A stretch of 63,827 bases of DNA, filler included, from Neolecta irregularis DAH-3 (Eukaryota), in NCBI GenBank assembly GCA_001929475.1. It is 4 parts of 4 records of this genome, joined end to end, with 100 filler letters (N's around TTAATTAATTAA, not from the genome) between each part and the next. Parts side by side here need not be neighbours in the genome. Positions count along the whole stretch, not along the records: positions 31,734 to 56,413 come from LXFE01004409.1; 3 more parts are not named here. One strand, 5' to 3'. Positions 37,345 through 51,398 of the stretch are shown one piece after another. The notes beneath the pieces were generated by a model, which saw nothing but the letters and a program-made list of their open reading frames with translations, was not told where the DNA came from and did no database searches. Each line of letters begins with the position of its first letter. Within the stretch, counting starts at the first letter, position 1. The position numbers and the translations under genes are program-made.

Positions 37345-40300
37345 TTATCTAATTCCGTCACCGTTATGATTAGTATTTGAAGAGTTTGAAGTGCCGGTCA
37401 TTTTGCGTCCCTTCCGTTTTTTACTTTTCCTGGAAGGCGTGCTAGGGATGCTAGCGGTCTCAGAAGATGGAGAAATTATTTCAGATTTCTCTGATTTGTC
37501 GATATCGACGTGTATGGCCATAATGGGTTTCTGCTGTACCGGAGGTAAATTCTCTTCTTTCTCCTCAAACAATCCATCTGCGTCGAGGAAATTTTGATCA
37601 TCGTCAGAATCAAGAGGTTGTCGAGAAGAAGCCGTATCTTGAAAAACTGGTAGAACATGGTCATCTTGTATTGAGGAATCATGATTCGACAAATTATCTG
37701 GCGCGTCCTGCGTGACTGAATTGGGGATTAGGTCGATATCTTCCGTAACGCTGGTGTCGATTGCTTTACCGTTGACACCTTCCTGCACTTCATGTACAGA
37801 AAAACGAGGGCTATTTTCTATAGGTGGAGCTTTATCGGCACTGTTTTGTGCAGTAGACAAAGAAATATGAGCCATCTGCTCTTGGAAACCATCAACCGCT
37901 GTTTCTTCGTCATCAATTCGCCCGTTCTCCAGCTGTTGAAAAGGTGGTTGTGATGATGAGAGATCCGAATACTGAGGCCACAAGGCTCTGTCGTCATCCG
38001 GGTTATTAGAAGGAAGGCTCTTGATGCCGTCGTTTCCCTCAATATTTTGTGATGTAGCAGGTATGTGATTCTCATCAGTGCTAACTGATAAAGGTTCAGG
38101 TAAAATCACGCCCAGACCTGTCCGTTCAAGATGAGCCAAAGATGAGACATCGAAAGGAATTTCATCGACCCCAGATATCGATCTGATCAACTCACGGTTA
38201 CTCGAAATTGGTCTCTCCACAGTCTCAACCGTTGGCGTGTGATCAGCGGAAGAGTCCATACGCGGGGTATTCAACTCCTCAAATAGAGATTGTTCAGACG
38301 GAGTACTCGGTTGGTCCTCACCTGGCCCTTCAGTAATGGTTGTATCAGCGATTTCGTCCTCCTCGATAATAGGAGGGGCAACGGTTCCATTTGAAACTCG
38401 AATGCCCAAACCTGCGAGACTATCCGCCTTCTCTTCATCACTCATTAGGTCAACTTTCGTGGTCTCAGAATTAGCGGTGAAGGTGGATTTAATAGATCCT
38501 TCTCTAGCAAATTCAGAGGGAGTAGGAGATCGAATTTCGCCGACTGAATTCCACCGTTCAATAACTTTTCTTCGCTTTTCGCCTGCCCAAGCAGTCCACG
38601 ACTTTTTCCGAGATTCGGAAGTTCCCGGTGGGGTATGTTCAGTTGGAGAGGTTACCGGACTACTGGTAGCCGATCCGCTAAGCAGGCCTTTCATCCTTGT
38701 ACCGGTTTTCCAAAATGCCTCTCTCGCGGGAGCGATCCGTTCGTCTAATTCGTTAATTTTTCTGCTTGGTTAAAAATAAACCGATTCTGGACGTACTGGG
38801 AAACCCGTTGTGAGACCTCTCCGATTACTCCAAAAGATCCGCATGCTGGGTGTCTAGCTTCGACAATGTCAAAGAGTTCATCATCTGTTCCAGCCATCCA
38901 GATTACGTAGTTTTTCGTTAGTCTCCAGGAATCCAGAAATATTTCTCCATACTCACGAACAGGATTCCCTTCGATGTTTGGGAGAAGATTCTCGGGTGCA
39001 TTGTTTGTGTCTGTGTAGTAGGCGTATTTCGCCGTTGCCAAGAGGGCAAGGAAGTACGATTCGAATTGAGTCCGAATATAATCTTCCGATCCAAGATATC
39101 CCATGTCTTTCGGACGGGTAGGATCATTTTCATCCCACGTCGCTACTACAATATCTACAAGTCCATCAATCCAGGTTCGATCGGCGACAGTGAGGGAAAC
39201 TATATGCGCGAGATGGGGGTTGTAGATATCGACTGAGCCTGTGTCGATCTGATTGTTAGGACGGTCGAGAAAGTTTAGGTACATTAATCACAATGTCTGC
39301 ATGTTGATGGTCTTTGCGTTCGAGGAAGAGAGAATTTGTTGTCCCTATTATATACGCACGGGAAGCTTCCAGCAAATCAAGCTGCTGAAGTGGACAATAT
39401 GGACCAAAAAAAACGCCCTATCATTATTAATCGACGTCTTCATAGATTACTCTCACCTTGCAGAATACTTGAATTGGCAGCCCCATATAGGCAAACAAGC
39501 TAGCCCTATCAGAAGTCTTCAAAGTATTTGCTTTTTTAATCGAATGTTCCAAGGAATTATAATCGGGATGAGCCGCGTCAACCAGATTTTCAAGAAGGAG
39601 AGGAAGGAGACTTATAAGCGAGTACTGGAGTATACAGAGTTCTTCCGTACGCGAAGCGAAGAACAGAATCTGGCACATTACAGGTGTAAAAGGGAGGGGA
39701 GAAGGAATACTTTGTGTTCAAGAAGTAACGCCTTCAATAATACGAGCGTTTTCCATCGGAACTTGTATAGCAATGCACGAACGGTCATTCCTTACAGGTT
39801 AGGTTGGACAGTGGATATAGGGGGTGTTACCCATGTATAAATCTGCGGAATCCATCCCATTTTTAAACAATGCTTCTAGGCTCTCATAGAAATGCTGTAC
39901 AATGAGCTTCGAAGTTATGACTAAAGACATACCTTTATAATCTCGACATCTTCAAAGTCTTTCTGAGCAAAGTAGGCACTTGTAATGACCCCTAGTTTTT
40001 CTCTCATAGGACCAAAACATGGAATCTGGGACAAGACGACGACAGCTTTCTGGATGGTGCTTCTTGTGACATCCAATGGTCGATTGATCAGGTCGGTCGA
40101 ACGACACTGTCGGGTGCAGCTGGTACCAAACAAAGTACCCGGATGTGTTGGCAAGAGAAAGTAGGAGTAATCCTCGGTGGTCTAGCTCGTTAACCGGCAG
40201 TGAGTCGAGCATACATGCCGTATGAGCGCCATCAGGCAGAGCCATAAAGGCGAGTAGCGACCAGGACTGGGGTATTGGGTTTATGGGCGGATAAACATAC

Positions 40301-40406
40301 TCGATCTCGGGGCCTCGCACATGGTGGCTATATATTAGCATTGATATTTCACACAGACTTGCAAGCCGACCACTGCAATATGCTTGACGGAATTGGTGGT
40401 GGTCAT
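37345..40406 (-). CDS. AVL9: Late secretory pathway protein Avl9 (DENN-like)
   Basis: VVGF|HHVRGPEIEY, LAFMALPDGAH, TRSTIQKAVVV, GSEDYIRTQFESY; GC-AG introns 40328-40362 and 40182-40218. Confidence 0.93.
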
Positions 40407-40717
40407 CTTTGCATTGAGCTTGGAAGAGATTCGGTCAGTACTATTGCTGTTTGCGGAATTGAGCGTAGCAGTGGTCTCATATTCTTATCGACCTGAGGTG
40501 CCCAAAATATATTATACAGTAAGATTCCGTATAAATGCTGTGTGTGTTGGGGTAGTATTTAACTTGTATACAGGAATAACGAAACAGTGGTGCGAGACTA
40601 GTCGTCCAGCAGAGGAATGACAGAATAGTGTCAGAATAAAACAAATCGAATATATCCAAAGACCGGTTGAATATGCAAATCAGAATCCAGTACGCAGCCC
40701 AGTATATACATGCCGCC

Positions 40718-42759
40718 TTACTCTGTTCTCGCTCTCTTCCTCTCTCGAAATCCAGGAAAATCCTCTTTGCACCAAAAACCAGCATCCTTCCCCTCGTTCC
40801 GACCAAGACGATATTCCCTCTCCAGAAGCAGATTCCTCGCTTCGAGAGCCTTGATCTGTTCCCGTAGATCCCGCACTTCTTTGTATATTCTGGTAATCCG
40901 CGTTTTGCGATCGGCAATGTTAGCGCTAGGTAGATCCATTTCATCTTCTAAACAAGTAACAAACTGATCGAGAACAATCTCTCCCGGCCCGAGAATCCCA
41001 AGATTTTGACAATGTGAAACCTGTAACTGTTCGTATTTCCGAGTAGTGAAATGAAGATTACGTTCTGCAGCTTCTGCTCTTTGTAAAAGTCTTGTGTTTT
41101 CAAAGGCGAGATAAGAAGCGGTCCGCAGATTGGCGAGATCTTCAAACGTTGGTTTGGGAGTTGATGAATGACGAGATTTGGCTGTGACTTGAGGTTTTGA
41201 TGATGAGGGCTTGGGGTAAATCTCCTGAGCAATATGGAGAACTTACCGAATCCTGAGTTGAAAAACCTGGTGGATTGAAGTTTGGATTGAGTGAAGGAGG
41301 AATGAACATCGACTCTTCAGGTTCAGAATCCGAACTTCATCATGTCAATCACGAAATGAAAAGGGAAGGTTTACGTTAGATATTCTTCTTCCCCAGGAGG
41401 TTTCTCAACCTGTGAAGACATCTCACTCCGTTCAGATCTACTAGTCAATGAAAACTTTAAAGAATATGATAGTATACTCGCATCCTAGTTGAGAATCAAT
41501 ATCAATCCCTTCATCTTCCGTCTTCATAATGACATCAATTTCATCCGACTTCATTTCGATGCCTTCACTCTTCAAAAGTCGGCCAGGAGTGATATGCTCT
41601 TCTTTAAAACCCCCAGTGAGTATAATATTTAAATCACCTGAATCCATTTTATCCATACCCCAAACACCACGTCTCCACTCGATTTCGGCCTGCCGCTCAA
41701 GTTGTCGTTGGCGATTTTTTCCAGGAGAAGTATCAACATCGAGATTCATTTCCGTTTCCTTAATGATGAGACTCTTAGGCCCGCAGTGTTTAGACCGGCC
41801 CTCCCAGGCTAATTCCGAAACAGAGTAGCCGACGCGCATACTAATAGCCTCACAGCCCCCAGACGAGCGTTGAAAGAAATACTGAAAAGGCGGTAAAAAA
41901 GGATTCTGCTCAGTGCCCAAATATCGCTTGTTCGTCCTTGTATTTGAATCTGGCCCATTTACAAATGTCGAAAGCGTAATTTCTCGAGGCAAGTTCGTTG
42001 TAAATATAGACAATGCGAATCGCTTCGGTTTCGTTCGACTTGATCTGACCCATGAAACCAACACAAGTCTTGGTATGGTGCAATATATCGGTTGCGCTGC
42101 AATATACGATGGTCTCCATTTTTTCCCAATGAGTGGGGAACCCTGTGGGCCTGTGAAAATTCCAGGATATTTTTCGATGAGACCTTGTTTGATTACAAGT
42201 AGTTCCTCTTTGTGCTTTTCCTGGAATGACTGGATTTCCCAGGAATTGTGAATTTCATCGTATTTTATCTCTCGGTCGATGTGATAGTAGATTGCTTTTA
42301 TCATTTCGTTGATAGCTAATGTAGGCGAAGAGTATTTCATTTCTTGACCATTCCTTAATTTACCCCAATACCGAGATCGTTGTACATTTGAGACGCGATA
42401 GCGGATTTGCGGCTGTAGAGACTCGCTTGATTCATAAGTCAAGGGTTTGTTAGTTTGAGGTTGTGAAAAACCGGGAACGGCTAGTTGGGAAGGCGAATAT
42501 CCGTTAGGCATCGTTCTGTATTTCACAATAAAATTTAGACCCACAGGGAAAGTTTAGTGCACTGGAGATTTTCCGGTTGTCTCAATAGTGAAAGACGAGT
42601 GAAGTGGTGAATTCCGGAGTGGCGAGAATGCAGAAGGGAGGTTGAGTTGGGTCTGGTCTCAGCGGCGTAACTCACACGACTGACACTCTGGCGGTTAGTA
42701 TCCAAATGGCCTTGTGAACGCCAATGAATCTCTAGAAAGGCTGAGTAAACAAAAGCCAT
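40718..42759 (-). CDS. Hypothetical multi-exon protein with C-terminal coiled coil (may extend upstream toward 43900)
   Basis: 367-aa central ORF 41441-42544 linked by short GT-AG introns to exons ending ...RIYKEVRDLREQIKALEARNLLLEREY; no family recognised. Confidence 0.45.
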
Positions 42760-44140
42760 GCTGGGCTACAAAGGACTAAGAGACCCGTCTAGTCTAGTCC
42801 AACAATGCAAGCCAATTACACATTTGAGGTTACCTAGTCTGCCAAAATAGGGTTCCTTCCAAATAGTTAGTCAGCAATGTTCAATAAGTTCGGATACTAC
42901 AGAGCCCAGCAAGAGTGCTGGAAACATCCTCCCTATCAACTGATTCTATACTCTACTATGCCTGATTCAGAGATAAGAGAAATGTTATTAGAATGAACGT
43001 TAGACATCTGAGGATTCCATGTCCTACACTCTGTGCTCTTCTAAGCATGATGTATTTGGGAAATTTTTGTAGCATATTAACTAAAGATCTCTTTCAAATC
43101 ATGATTTCAATTTGCACATACTAAGAATGCAATGATTCTTCGAAGGTGTCTCCATATTTGGGATCTTTTTCAGACCAAGTAGCTGGAAAATAGAGATCCA
43201 AAATAGATCTTGAGCATATAATCTGATCCTAAGCACGATAGTCTCGGGCTTATCGGTGTCTGCCTTCTTCATATCCCGCTCGCTATCCCGCTCGCCCACA
43301 GACTGTTGATTGACCCTTCTCAAAGCAACGACCAAGCGCTATACCATGTGATCCCTCTGCAAATTGTCAGATCGAAGTATGGCCTACACTTAGCCGTGAA
43401 GATACGCCGAGTAGAACCTTCTGTGGGAAGCTTCGTTGAGAACATTTCTTCTATACAAAAGTTACAGATAATTTTGGCCCATCCCGGCCTTTCATGTGGA
43501 ATTTTTGGAAACGATGCCATATGAATTTTGAAAGTTATTCTGATCTGGGTTGTTAACAAAGAACCCTCCTCTATAAGAATGTAAACCATATCTTTTTGCA
43601 TTCTGATCACCGAGAGATTACAGCAAAATCCCCATATTTCAAGAAGGAATTTTCATGCTCGACCAAGCTGCCTCTTCATTCTTCAAAGATGCTTTAAACA
43701 GACCATGCAACGGCTCCATGATGGTCTCTGCGCGCTTGTTCCCTCATCCATAAATGAAAGTAACAATTTTACTTGCCTACAGTTACGAAACCATTGGAAG
43801 TTATCCAGAAAGCCTCAGTCATAAACCGATGGAATACGATCAACCAACATGGAAATGAGGCACACACTTTCTGAGCAATGGTACAGGCCATGGCAGAAAA
43901 GCAGGAGATGAATAAGTGAAGACAACATAGCTGTATTTACAGGCGACAAGTCAAAGTTTGCGTTAAAAGGGCTGGCGCAATTGCAAGCACCGTGTTTCGG
44001 GACTCCGGGAAGCACGACGGGTGGTGAGGCGGGAGGCAGATGCCGAAAGTCTCCGATCCAGTCCCGGAGGTCCCCGACACACGACCTCGGATCTCACGTT
44101 TCCTCTTTTCTCTAATCGTTTTTCCTTTCTTTTGTCCACC

Positions 44141-45387
44141 ATGGTCAATGTGCGCGCCCGCAAGCTTCCGCTTAAACGCGGCATCTTTCGCATGTCGATG
44201 GATCCGCGCAATCTCTACCTGCTTTCAAAACTTGCCATCCCTGATCTCGAAGGAAAATCTCTGTTTCAGCGCAAGTGGCTCGCAAAGAGAGAAACCCGCA
44301 AGTATCACGGACATTTCCTGCCAGAGCGGGTGTTTGATTCTATCTTTGACGGAAAACTGCGCGGTGTCGTTGGCAAGGACTCCAGTCAAGTCTACAGAAT
44401 CCCGCTCGCCAGTCAGACGTATGCCAATATGGAGCGCCGCCTGGATATCGTCATCTACCGTTCATTATTCGCCACCAGCCCATTGCAGGCCGGAAACATC
44501 ATCAGACACGGGAGAGTGAAACTAAACGGAGAAACGGTACCTTTTTAGACAGCCGAAGCTCAAATTAATCTCTATAGTTTACAAACCCTGCGTATCTCCT
44601 CAAACCCGGCGACCTATTCCTGGTAGACTCCAAAACAGTTCTCCGAAACTTGCAAATCGAAAAGAAACAAAAAAATAACCGGACATTGTGCCCTGCCTCA
44701 TACAAAAGACCGAGCGAAAAATCTATCCGGGATGCTCAAAGTCGTACTGTGACAGGCGAACTAAAAGGATATCTGCCAAGTAAAACTCAAATAACACAAC
44801 CAGAATTATTAGGAGGTGACATTGAAATCCCGGGCCTTGGTTTCCAAATTGATGATGAACTGGAGTGGATTCGAATTACACAAGAGCACGATCCACATCA
44901 TAGCAGTCCAAAGACGGTATACTACCTCCTCGACCCCATCGATGTGAATCAACGAGATAAGAAAAATCGTCCCAAGAAATTCGCATTTGATTATTCAGAC
45001 ACTGCAGTAAAAAATGTTAATTCACAAGTCAAACGTACCGAAAATCGAGACCTTGATAGTCTCGATTCGCTTCAACTCCCCGACCTCCACCTTGATATCC
45101 TGCCTGACCATGATTCAACGGCTTTCGATGACACTTCGTCGCCCTGGCGCAGCGAAATCGAAGCAGAGGCTGCTGTGAAAATTAAATACAGGCCCGAAAT
45201 AGAACTTCGTCCATATTTATCTGCGTTTGCATTTATCCCGACGTACTTGGAAGTCAGTCATGATGTTTGTGCCGCAGTGTACTTGAGACATCCTGTTGCT
45301 CGGCCTGGCGAGACAGAAGTTCCAAGTCCTTATCCACCGCATTTGCATGCTTTGGCCTATAATTATTACATTAGAAAAAGGAAATAA
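44141..45387 (+). CDS. NAM9: Mitochondrial ribosomal protein uS4m
   Basis: KSLFQRKWLAKRETRKYHG, S4 domain ERRLDIVIYRSLFATS...RHGRVKLNG, C-term AFAFIPTYLEV...YLRHPVARPG. Confidence 0.93.
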
Positions 45388-45612
45388 TTTGGTTTGGCAA
45401 TGTACAAATATATTCGTCAAATCAAGAGAAATATTTTTGAGTTGAAGAGTAAATCCATTACAAGCTACTTTTTATACATTTGCAAATTAATTGTAAATTG
45501 AAAAACAAATACGACCAAACAAAAAATGTCATGCGCTCTATATGTACTCCTTAGACTCCTTCAATGTGCCTGTTTCCAAAAGACTTTGCTATAAAAGATA
45601 TTGATGCGAGCG

Positions 45613-48600
45613 TTATCTGCCGTCTCCCTTAGCGAAATAATATGTTAATAGATTCAACTTTCCTGCGTCGAGGCCACCAAGTAATCTAAACAAGCGCTCA
45701 TCATTGAGTAACACATGGTGCATGCTCGTCAACATCGAAACACTAGCTCTCCGCATTTCAGGATCTGGGTTTTTCATTGCCTGTACGCGTTAGGTTCAAA
45801 GTAAACAGTTGGGTCGAGCTACTTTTGCACCCAGTGTTCCCAAGGGCTGGAGGAACTCTTCGATTTGTGCGATTGTTAGTGAACGGAGCATTAGAGCCAG
45901 GCAAGTGATCGCGGCAACAATACTTTCCTTGTGCAGTCCGGTTCCTTCACTACTATCAATAAAGGAATGAATATATTCCAGAAATAATTTGATGCCTTCA
46001 ATCCGATCGAACAAATTTGTGAATTCAGGCAGTATGTCATCGATTCCAGCGGTAATCTGAGTGGAGTTCTTGGCTTCACCCTTGAGGTCCAACAAGATTG
46101 TCAAAACATCCTTCTCATGACCCCCAAAATACGGCGTTTGATTAAGAAGGAGGTTCTTTAGAGCTAATAACGCTTTGGCTTTATGTTCCGCTTCACGTTC
46201 GCCAAGGTCAACATTAATCGGGTCGTCCGATTCACTTGACTGACGACGAGAGATAAAGGTGAGAAGTTCGCGAAGCAACACATCAAACTTTTCACCAGCT
46301 TCCCACAAGTCGAAGAATGTTGAATTATCATCACTATCACCAACATTATCAACGGCGGAGAGAAAATGTTGTTTTGTTGGCGTTTCTTTCGAGATGCGGA
46401 TGAGTTTTCTGAAAGCCTGTTGATCAATATCGCTTGCCTTCAGCCTTTCAATGATAGAGTCTAGCATCCTCTGCCTTTCACCAGCTGCTTTGGGTAACGG
46501 AGAGCCAGATAAAGATTCTAGAGATCAGACACATTGTGAAAACCCACGTACGACGAACACCAATATCTCTCATATGTTTTCTGAACCACTTATTCTTCAT
46601 TGGAGTTGAGAAAGATGTATCCTGCAAGTTGAGAATAGTCTTACTCTTTCCTTCTTGAAAGGCAACCGCACCATTTGAAGTGATGACGGTGTGATCAGTC
46701 GTGGATGATTCCTCCTTCGCTGGATCATCTCCGTCACACTCGGCTTTCCGAACAGAAATATGAGGATTGAAAAGGAGATTATCAGTTAGTTGCGGCGTAG
46801 AGTGACCTCGCTGGTTTTCTTTATCCGCATCCCGGGGTCTTTCGTTAAATCCTTGGCCCATCGGTTTATTCTCGCCGCCCGCGAAAACCGGTTGCACAAA
46901 AGACTGTTGTCCATAGGTATCCTGAGAAGCAGATGGCGTAAGTGGGACATGATCACTGGCAGTAGAAGGGCTCCTCTCACTACCCGCAGGCTTTCCGCCG
47001 ACTTCTGGAACCGTTCCGAGCACATCTTCTACATGTGCGACCTTTTCTTCCATCATTTCATTATGCAGTTCATCTTCTTCCTCGTTGACACCCCAAGCAG
47101 TTCTAAGTGCCTTGATTGTCCCACGTTCAAATGTACCAAGAACTTTATCAAAAACCTCAACATTCGCACTTTGCAAAGCTCGAAGTAAAGTAGCGAGAGG
47201 AGCATAATTATTCGATGCAGGTTTGGTATTCGAAATCATGGGGACAGTACGGTTGACAAGTTGTTTATAATTCGACAGATCCTCAAGAAACTTGTTTCCC
47301 GGTCGACCGGAACTAATCATTGTATTATGTTTTTCCAAAATCTCATTCATCCAAATTAAAACTCCGTGGATGATCTTTCGCTTTTGGCTTGTTGAAAATG
47401 AGTTGGAACTCATCATTTTGCGAGGAACAACACCTGAAACTCCCATTCCGAGAAGTACGCGATTCAAAATTTCCGCTATCTCAGAATCTGAGAGAACTTC
47501 TTTCATCTTTGCAATGCATCTCAAAGCCGTATCCTTGGCAGTCTCCGGCTCGCTCTCTTCAGATAGCAAGAGAGCATGCGACGCAATGGATTCCCATGCG
47601 ATATAACGATTAATCTCAACGACAACTTCGGGAGCAAGCATATGTTCAAGGACTTCAGGTTTCGGATCGTTGAGAAGTTTCTGCAAAGCTGGCGCCAGTA
47701 TGTCCGTAGGAGGTAACGTAGTATTTTTATTCGCTTCGTTTGGGACAGGCCGTTTGGCGAGAAGACAAGCGACTACGATGAGACCATCCACGCGGATTTT
47801 CCACTCTGAATGTTGAAGTTGCTCGAGAAGGGTCAACTTCCGAGCAGTGGCTATACGTGGACTTGGTCCTGGCGAATCACTACGAAGAGGAGAACTAATA
47901 TTCGGGACGTTTTTTCGTCCTGGGGTTACTGTACTCATAGTATGATTACTTTTAGCAGGACTCGGAGGTCTTCCGAAAGTGGGGGAGTTGCTTCTAGCAG
48001 AAGTTGTCCGTACAGATACTGGTTTCGGTCGTTGAGCTTGACCAAGGCCAGTACGAACTGGTCCGGTCGAAAGCCCTTTGGCTTGCTGCGCTTCCTTCTT
48101 CTCAACAAAAGCTTTTGAAAGTTCGGGTTGTGAGCGACTTGCATTGTGGCCAAAGCTTTTAGAAAATTGATTTTGTACACTAAGCTGGGACACAAAAGTA
48201 GAGGTGGAAGAGGCGGTTTTGTTGGGATTGTACTTGTCGAGGTTTTTGCGAGTATTGGCGTCGCATTGAGAGTAGAGTCTGATATTAGTATTCATAATCA
48301 ATCAAAGATGTACATTTCACCTTTATCAGGCCATATACTGGTATATATCCAGTAAGTATCCCTCATCTTTTCTCTTACTGAAGGATTGGCATCAGCAAGA
48401 CCCTTCTTCAAGCATTTGTCAATTATATCCAGAGCGGTGGCTGTTTCAAGTAATGATTTCGAGTCCACATGTGCTTCGAGTAGAGTTCTGAGCCACTGTC
48501 CGGCATAAATCCTAGGTTGAGTGTTTTTGTCTTGTACGCCGATCCATATGTGCTGCACTATTCTTGTGGAAAAAGATACATTGGCAATCAATACTGATGC

Positions 48601-50075
48601 CGTGATGCTTGCTGCTTGGGCGGCAATCTTTTTCGTCAATGCCGATAATTTGATGAGGGTGGAGAGATATATTTCCACAAAAGGGTCCATTCCAGGCCCC
48701 AGCACGATTACGAGGTCTTTGATAAGTTGTAAAGACGAGATACAAAGAGTTGTTCGGAGAGACGAAGCCTATGATGTCAGTACCATGGGATAAATAACCA
48801 CGCACCCCTTTGATGATTCCATCAGTCAGGTTCTTAATACCGATGATAACATTACTGGGATGGTCTCGATAAGAGTTACCACGAATGACTTGGCGAAGTT
48901 TCATTATGCTCTTCTCTCTCAAATTCCAGTTCTGTTCTGACTCTTTACTTTCAAAATACGGTAGCATATTTTGAATGAGATTGTCAAATTCGCGAGCAGT
49001 GGAAACCTCTCAATCAGCTTCATAAAATATATTTTCCCAACCCAACAAGCGTCCAAAGGCTCCATTTCACTACCAGGGAGACTTCCAACGTATGTAGTTG
49101 CAATGCTTCCTGTCGCGCTACCTGCAATGCTGGTAGTCCCAGCCACTCGTTTCGTGGGGTTTGAATCCTCATCTTGGATAGAAACAACATGATCGGCGGC
49201 AGGGTATCGGATTTCATTATCATGGGGCTCGAGGTTGAGGTTCGCGAGAATGTAAGTTGCTATTCCTTTACGGACATTCTGCCGCACAAGCATCTTTCGA
49301 AGATCCGCTTTTGCATGCCCAGGTGCATTTCTATTGCGTCAATAGTCGCCGTTAGAAAATCATACTTAAAAAGGTCAACGACTACGACCTTCGCCGTATC
49401 TCGTACACTCTCCTGACTATCTTCCAATGCCGTAATCAGGTATGGTGTAAAACTTCGAAATGCAAATTCTGGAACCTCTGAATGAACCTTTCGAACCCAT
49501 ATGAGACACTTCCAGGTTAGAAGATTGACCACGATTGAGTATACTTGCTCGCGGACCCTCCAGTTCTTACTTCCGAATCCAAGTTCCTTGATAACTTTCT
49601 CCACCTCTGGACCGGTTCGCCTCCATAGGCTGACCATGGATGAGATCGTGCCCTCTCTAGTACGATCCTTGACTTCTCCCAGTTTCTCGATAATAGTTGG
49701 CAGAAGCATTTTAGTAGCAGCGGGAAGTCTAGACGGATCTTGCAAAGCAATACGAGCGACGAGATAGCCCATGCCGCTCAACCCAGAGGAAACAACGGAA
49801 GGAAGTGGCGACGATATGGCGGCTTTATAGGCTTCAAAAAGAGGAAAGATCGCATCGCTCTAGATGTTTAAATCTCAGGTTTAAACAGGAATGCGTACTT
49901 CGACGTCATGTCTCTTGATCCTTGATTTGATATTCGCTAGGGCTTCGCATTTCTTTTCGGTTGCTAGATGCGGGATCAATTGCCGTTGGAGCGAACGGGG
50001 TATTGACATACTTGCATTTAAAAGGATTCTTGTGAGATCCTGGACTTCTACCAAAGACACTGAGCTATTCGCCAT
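45613..50075 (-). CDS. STU1: CLASP microtubule-stabilising protein (Stu1/Peg1)
   Basis: TOG/HEAT segments SKNWRVREQ, NAPGHAKADL, KESEQNWNLRE, KGLADANPSVRE; C-term KLNLLTYYF. Confidence 0.9.
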
Positions 50076-50210
50076 TTGGGTGCTTGGCCGCCTTTCCAAG
50101 TGTTCAATGTAAAATGATTATGTATGTGTAAACTGGAGTAGAAGGTTGACGTCGACGTTCAACGTCAATGGGGCGCTTCTGCTTGTTTTTTTACAACACA
50201 CCATACCAAG

Positions 50211-51308
50211 ATGGTGCAGGATATCGAGTTCGTAACTATGGGGATGTTCAATATAGACCAGATTGAACTGCGAGGCGGAGTTATTTTGGATGATATCATA
50301 GGCGGAGCGGGTACTTATGCGGCAATCGGAGCTAGGATACACTCTTTTTCAAATACCAAAGCTATTTCAATGATAGTTGATAAGGGCCACGATTTTCCGG
50401 AAAGAATGGAAGAAGAATTGACGCAGTATAATATGAATGTTCTGATGAGGGATACACCGTATAGAAAAACTTCCAGGTATTTTGTACTTTGCCGCTGCGT
50501 TGACACCATCAAGGGGATGGAACGGTTATTTAGAAGGACATATGCGACGTATCGTCGACTTGCTCAACAGGTACATGAACTGATCTGTTCAGAGTTCAAG
50601 TATCTTACCCCAAAGCTTCGACTCGAAGCCTGTGATCTAACGCCCGAACTATTACGATCCAAGTCTTTCCACTTGATGTGTACACCCACCCGAATGATAA
50701 GGATGGTCAAAGGCATAAACGAGTCTCGAAACGCGCTCGGTGAAAAAGTCAAACCGTTGTTGGTTTGGGAGCCTGTTCCTGAAGCATGCCAACCCGAAAA
50801 TTGGCATGACTGCCAACAAGCGATAAGATTGGTCGATGTTGTTACGCCAAATAATGCGGAAGCTGCAGCGTTCTTTGGAATCAGTCCCGAACGTTCGACC
50901 GATCCACAGACGATGGAGGCGACTGCGTCTCGTTTCATCGAGTCGGGAATTGGCATCAACGGGCGGGGAAATGTAGTCATTCGAGGAGCACAGCAAGGAT
51001 GTCTCATAGCTTCAAAGGATATGGCAGCCCAAATGGTTCCGGCATGCTGGCAAGATGATGTCAATGTGAAAGATCCCACTGGTGCCGGAAATGCTTTCTG
51101 TGGAGGTCTTGCAATCGGTCTTGTTCATGGGAAATCACTGTTAGAAGCAGCTATACTTGCAAATATCAGCTCGTCGTATGTCATCGAGCAATACGGGCTT
51201 CCACAAGTTGCGCTTGACGACGATGGTGAGAAATGGAATAAAGAAGCAGTAGCAGAACGGATGATGCGATACAAGAAAATACTGGCCGCAAAAGGGATAA
51301 TAGATTGA
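50211..51308 (+). CDS. pfkB-family carbohydrate kinase (Mak32-like), with introns
   Basis: FVTMGMFNIDQI, GGAGTYAAIGAR, VVTPNNAEA, DPTGAGNAFCGG. Confidence 0.9.
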   Translation: MVQDIEFVTMGMFNIDQIELRGGVILDDIIGGAGTYAAIGARIHSFSNTKAISMIVDKGHDFPERMEEELTQYNMNVLMRDTPYRKTSRYFVLCRCVDTIKGMERLFRRTYATYRRLAQQVHELICSEFKYLTPKLRLEACDLTPELLRSKSFHLMCTPTRMIRMVKGINESRNALGEKVKPLLVWEPVPEACQPENWHDCQQAIRLVDVVTPNNAEAAAFFGISPERSTDPQTMEATASRFIESGIGINGRGNVVIRGAQQGCLIASKDMAAQMVPACWQDDVNVKDPTGAGNAFCGGLAIGLVHGKSLLEAAILANISSSYVIEQYGLPQVALDDDGEKWNKEAVAERMMRYKKILAAKGIID

Positions 51309-51398
51309 ATGTTTTGTAGATCTTGTTTATCGAGAGTTCATTCACTGGTTTCGCCTGGTTCATTTACGCCATCCCTCAACATCATTCGATAAACTCGT

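Noticed and set aside
35736-45387. Other mitochondrial genes (complex I subunit, NAM9) as part of the PPR-like system
   Set aside because: On a different contig past an artificial linker and ordinary housekeeping genes; no evidence of linkage
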